A DNA stretch of 64,000 bases. Source: the human T2T-CHM13v2.0 reference genome, Homo sapiens. A program made the position numbers and the translations under genes. A model generated the notes under the pieces. It was not told the DNA's origin. It searched no databases and saw only the letters and a program-made list of their open reading frames with translations. Below, piece by piece: positions 58,804 through 64,000 of the stretch. Numbering within the stretch: the first letter of the stretch is position 1; every line of letters starts with the position of its first letter. The stretch lies in NCBI RefSeq assembly GCF_009914755.1, contig NC_060943.1, one strand, 5' to 3'.

Positions 58804-59073
58804 CACGCACACGCGGACTCAGAGAAACACACACAGCACAAGCACACACACACAACATGAGCACACACAAGGACACACACAGATGTGAGTGCACACAGCA
58901 CCCACACAGGCAAGTGCACACACAGAATACACACAAAAACCCCCACAGGTACAAGTGCGCACACACACACACGCACACACACAGGCACACCTGTCAGCTT
59001 CTGGCACAAAGCTAACACAGGCTCACATAGAATCACAGGCACTCACATACACACACACACCACACACACCCAC
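58804..59073. repeat. Degenerate (CA)n low-complexity tract
   Basis: Direct reading. Confidence 0.85.
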
Positions 59074-60829
59074 ATGCTCCAGTCATCCTCAACCCCAGCA
59101 TAGAAGCATTAGGCCCTTGGGCACAGCCTTCCTAGAGGAAGCAGCAGAACTTGCTCAGAGCTCACTTCCACAACTCCTCCCTCCCTCCCCACCCCCTGTG
59201 CCCCTGCTTCAGACCTGGGCAGCCCCTAAGTTCTCTGCAGGTTCTTGAGCCTCCTTAGTTCTGGCAGCTGAAGTCCCCAGCCTCTAGGGTGGCACCCAGG
59301 GAACAGCCATCCACCCCAACTAGAGAGGGTGGAAATCTACTGAAGGGCCAGTCCGGCTCCTGGAACAGCCCTGGGGGCAGGTGCTCCCTGAAGCCCATAG
59401 GACTCTGTCTCCTTGGCTTCTCTCCCTGCCTCTCCCTTGGCCTTTCTGTAGAATTTCACAGGCAAACTCATAGGTGTCCAGCCACTGATATGCAGGAAAC
59501 AGCGAATACCTGGTTTCAAAAAGGGAAGCCGTGCTCAGGAGCCTGAACACAGGAGGCCCGAAACAGGGCTTGTGTTGCATGGACCTGAAGCCAGAGGTGA
59601 GGGCGATTAGGAAATTCTTTCCCACATCAGGGGAAGGATGCTGTTGAAATGGGAGGCCCAAGGCATCTCTGCAGGACAGAGACTGGACATATGCCCAGAG
59701 AGGTTCAGGTCCGTGAGTCTGGAATATCCTCCTCCTCCCCAGGGACAGGGGAGCAGGTCTGGGGCAGGCCCATTGGTTGGAGGACGGGGAAATGAGCTGT
59801 AGATGGTGCCCCTTTGACCCTCTGATCCATCTTCCTGTGCCTCACAGTCTGACCACCAACACTATGATCACATAGTTCATGCAGGTTCTCGTAAATTCAT
59901 TCCTTCACTCTCGACTGTGAACAAATCGGCTGTTGCCTTCATGCTGCTGAAAAGCTCGTCCACCCTGGCTGTTTCTGCTCCATGCCCGCCTGTCTGCACA
60001 GGGGAGTGCCCTGCCCTGAGGGAAACCAGGCATTCTTCTGGGCCAGACAGTCTCCTGGAAATGAGGAAGGGAGAGAATTGTCTAAAACTGCTGGAAAGTT
60101 GAAGAGTACACCACATATACACAGAAGCATTTGTCTTTTCAACACACTTTCTCTCCCCTTCAGAGGGACCAGGGCTGAAACCTGAGCTGATTCAGCCCAA
60201 AGGAGCTTGGTGACTGCAGGGAGTCCACTATCAGCAACCTCCTTCCTCGACCCCAGGAGCCCAGAGTCTCACCTGCCCAGAATGTGCCAATCACTCATTC
60301 ATTCAACAAACTTCCTGGATCAACTGGGCCCTGGGCACCCTGGTGCTGAGATGAAAGGCCAGCCTCCACTGCAGGGACACACTCTGGAGAGAGAGATAAG
60401 ACTCCACCAGCGACTCCACATATGGCTGGAAGATCTGTATTTTAAGAGAAACGTGAACCAGAACTTGCTTAACCCCAAGGGTTGAATTTCAAACACGGAA
60501 TTGGAGGCATTGGTGAGCAAGATATGCACACACACGGCATCATACAGCCTGCTTTCTAAGCGCAAGGCCAAGGGGAAGAGGTGGTTCCTGCCACACTCTG
60601 GGACCCCGCTGGGTGACTGTGGCCTGGCATGGTGAGCTGGGGGCCAGCCACTGCCCTCAGGACAGCAGGGTCCTCTGCCTTTCCCCCGCAGAGTGGCCTG
60701 GCCTGCCTCATGCTTCCTGCAGAGCTGGAGGCTGATGGACTCCAGACCCAGCACTTCTGCTGCGGCCTCAGCCATTCTCCCAGCTCCTCCCCATCTGGAG
60801 GTCGTGGGTAGCCCTGTGAGGGTGTGGGC

Positions 60830-60930
60830 TTGGGAGCCAGCTGAGCTTGGGAGCCAACTAGGCTTGGATTCAAATCCTGCCTCGGTCCCTCTGTTCTCTG
60901 AATGGAAATCCTCACCTACAGTGGGGGAGC
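60830..60930 (+). mobile_element. MIR fragment
   Basis: GGCTTGGATTCAAATCCTGCCTC..TCTGAATGGAAAT. Confidence 0.5.
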
Positions 60931-62011
60931 TGGCAGTATTCCTGCAGGGCTGCTGGGTTGAAGCACAGGTGCAGGCACAAGCCTTGCTCAACAAGTATCG
61001 GGAGGCTCCTCCCATCTGGAGAGCACCCAGGGCACGGCATGTGGCCCAACAGGACCAGGCTGGAGATCCAGGGAAGGCGGGGATGGGGAAGCCCCAGGAA
61101 CCCCCTGCAGACAGGAGGCTCTGCCCTGAGACTGCTTCCTCCTGCCAAGCCCCCGCAATTACTCAAGTGCAACAGGCGCTCGTGGTAATGAAGTTGGATG
61201 CCTCTGAGTCCATTTAATGATATTTAATTATGCACCACTTTCAACTGACAGGCTGAGGGAGATCTACACCTAGCTCCTGACCCTGGGCGGGCTGCACTCA
61301 TATATAGGTCTCATGTAGACTTTAGGACTGCTTGTCAGAAACTGTGCTTTTGCCTGGAGAAAAATGACTCAGAACAAAGAGAGCCGGAGAGCCTACAGGC
61401 ACAGCGTTCAGGCACCTTCCAGAGGAACCTGGGAAGGGTCTCTAGGCCTGGCCTCCTAGTTCAACAATATCTCCTGGGCACCTACTACAGGCCAGACATT
61501 GTGTCAAGCTCTGGGAATAAAGCCATGCACAAGACAGTTGTGCAGTACAACCTCCGCCCATGGGGTTTCCAGCAATGCCCAGATGGGCAGACATGGGCAT
61601 GGGAGAAGGGAGGGCTTTGGAGTGGAGAAGAAATGGGGGCAAGCTCCAGAGGCTTGTGTGCTTTGGGGCCTCTGTCAAAGAGAGCCCCCTTTTCCCCAAG
61701 CCCTGTGCACCTCCCACCCACACTCACCTGGGTGCCACCTGTCCCAGCACCTGAGCTCTGGACAACGGAAACTTAGCTCGTTCTCCAAGTTGATTTCTCA
61801 AGGTTTGCATCCAGGAACTATCTAGAGGTGTAAAGGTTAGCCTTACCACAGTGCACAGATCTGGGCACACTCAGCCAAGCTGTTGGTGAGATAAGGCGCT
61901 GAAGACCCCACAGTACCCTTCAGGAGGAAGACCCCAATCCCACTGCCCAGACAGAACTTCATCATGCCATGCCCGAGTTCCAGTCTTCCTGAGATTTTTC
62001 CATTGTTCTTC

Positions 62012-62098
62012 AAGAGAAAGGAAAGGAAAGGAAGAAGGTGGGAAAGAAAGAAGAAAGGAAGGGAAAAGGAAGGAAAGGAAGAAGAAAGAAGGGAGGGG
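62012..62098. repeat. GA-rich tract
   Basis: Direct reading. Confidence 0.8.
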
Positions 62099-62881
62099 TG
62101 GCAGGAAGGAAGTGGGGAGCCGAGATGGAGACAGATGTGGTAGGCACGTGTAGATCAGCCTTGCCCAGGCTTCTGCTGTTCTTGGAGGATGACGACGATT
62201 CTCTCCGTATTTAAGAAGCTGTGAGTTTGGCCTCCTCCAGTTCCCTGGGGCTTGTGGCTGTTTTCCAAGCCAGTGTTAAGGGACTGAGGACAGGCTGTGC
62301 CCTCCACGGATGGGACTTGCTGGACGACATCAAGACATACAATTCCGCTCTCCACAGTCAGAGGTATCGCCATCCACTTAGTCAGTCTAACTGAAAATGC
62401 ATCTGCAATTCCTGTTTTGTTTGGTTTTGTTTTTAAGGATTGCTTTCCCTAGCCTATCGATCTCCAAGCCTGACATAGCCTTCTGTAATTGTACCCGAGC
62501 CCATCCGCCAGAATGATGAAATGCCTGTAGTGTCACCTGCCAATAGTGATACGATTTACCCCCTAGAATTCTCCCCGGTGGAGGTAGCACAGCCAGGCTC
62601 ACTGTCATCCATGATTCCTTGGGGAAGATGGTTTCTCAAACAAGATGACTGTGTTCTCCCCAAAAGACACCAAGTTTCCAGAACGCTTGCATGGACAGAA
62701 CAGAGGACGAAGCCAACACCCGCAGTTGCTGGGGACAACCGAGAAGGCTGCTGTGCATCTGTGCTCAGACATCAGCATGTGCCCCAGCCAGAGGGGCCTC
62801 CCAAGGCTGAAGAGGATGCCGTGCACAGCAGAAGGGCCATCCTCCACCTGCCCCAGAGAGCAGTGGCTTCTTCAAGGTGCC

Positions 62882-63589
62882 TGTAAACCAAAAAGCATCT
62901 GAGACGGGTCTCAGTCAACTCAGAGTGTATTCTGCCAAGGTTGAGGACACACCCAGGAAAAAGAGACACAAGTAGGATCTGTGGCCTGTGCTTTTTCCAA
63001 AGAGGGTTTGGAGGACGTCGATCTTTAAAGGGGAAAGAGCAGCAGGAGGGGAAGGAGGAAAGAAAGAAAAAGGGCTGGTAGGTAGTGAGGAGAGTGGTCA
63101 CGTGCTTCTGAGGCTTTGATTAGCGCTCACTGAGTCCACTTGTTGCAGTGGCAGGAGGGTAGAGAAACGGCCAATTATGCATTCATTTTGTGCTCAGTAA
63201 ATCTGCACTTTACATAAAGTAAAATAAAGTAAAGCATGGAGCAGAGAAAGAAGCCAGATGCGTTTGTCTCAGGGTGAGTGGAGGAATGTCTCGGCCCGTC
63301 TTTGTCCCATAGCTGTGAAGGTGAGCTGGTCATTGACGTTGTCAGCGTCAGATTCCACAGAACTCATTTGAGAGCTAGTTTAGAGGGGACATGCGGATTC
63401 TGAAAGATCTGGGGGCCCACAAGGAATTCCCTTGTGATTAATCAGTGAGGAAAGCCACCTGGGGAGACGTATGGCCTTCTATCACTGCAGCTATCTCTTC
63501 AGAGAAGAAAAGAAGGACTCAGTTTCCAAGCTTCCCTTTTCCCTTGGCATAGTGAGTCTGGGGCCCTAAGATTGGATTTTCCTTTCACA
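62882..63589 (-). mobile_element. MER4-family ERV1 solo LTR
   Basis: TGTAAACCAAAAAGCATCTGAGACGGGTCTC...TTTTCCTTTCACA termini; flanks TGCC / TGTC. Confidence 0.88.
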
Positions 63590-63629
63590 TGTCTGTCCCT
63601 TGAGCCCCGCACTCATCCCCCAGCATTCT

Positions 63630-63790
63630 GCAAACTTCCCCAGGCCAGACCCTACGGTAAGGACTTGGACCCAAGCAGGCAGTGTAGATGGTGATCCTGG
63701 GAAACACCCACGCGGGAGGAAAGGGACAGCAGCCAGGACAGGTGTGACAATGAGCAGGCTGCTGCTGAGGGCATACTGGGGAGGTGGGCA
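63630..63790 (-). mobile_element. LTR33/LTR16-like ERVL remnant
   Basis: CCCCAGGCCAGACCCT..GGTGATCCTGGGAAAC resembles the element at 36372. Confidence 0.4.
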
Positions 63791-64000
63791 GGGCAGGCCT
63801 TAGGCTGTCCCCCTGGGGGCAGGTGGGCTGGAGGATGCATGGACCCGCTCTGGTCCATCCTTGGCTCCTGGGGGCATGGAGTCACCAAAACTCCTGGGCT
63901 GCCCCACACAGACCAAGCCCACTCTTGTTCCAAAAGAGGCCCTTGGGAGAAAGGGCCACAGTGGGCATGGGAATGATGGGTGCCAAGCAGATGTGGGCAT

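Noticed and set aside
60320-61217. 231-aa (-) and 174-aa (+) ORFs
   Set aside because: They span MIR/L2 remnants and show no protein family signature or exon structure.

Overview
This is mammalian nuclear DNA, almost certainly human or great ape, judging by the Alu J/S, L1PA, THE1D and MER4/MER51-type elements. It looks intergenic or deep intronic. I see no supportable host protein-coding exon. Long ORFs are either decayed L1 ORF1/ORF2 pieces or Alu and low-complexity artefacts. About 4.2-26.9 kb is an AT-rich stack of nested LINE-1 elements, all on the + strand. It comprises an old L1M host, an internally deleted L1MB-type element, a full-length L1PA4/5-type element, a near full-length L1MA-type element, a THE1D LTR and three Alus, and it appears to sit inside a single L2. 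The rest (27-64 kb) is more GC-rich. It holds about 13 Alus, four ERV1-type solo LTRs, LTR33 and MaLR remnants, MER53/MER58 MITEs, MIR/L2 fragments, long purine/pyrimidine tracts and several repeat-free, motif-rich candidate enhancers. The best curiosities are a 5'-inverted Alu, a 3'-truncated U2 snRNA retrocopy with a target-site duplication (TSD), an open ORF0 in an otherwise dead L1PA, and repeated re-use of the same insertion sites. I found no evidence of a novel gene system. Subfamily names come from recalled consensus sequences, and the boundaries of old elements are approximate.
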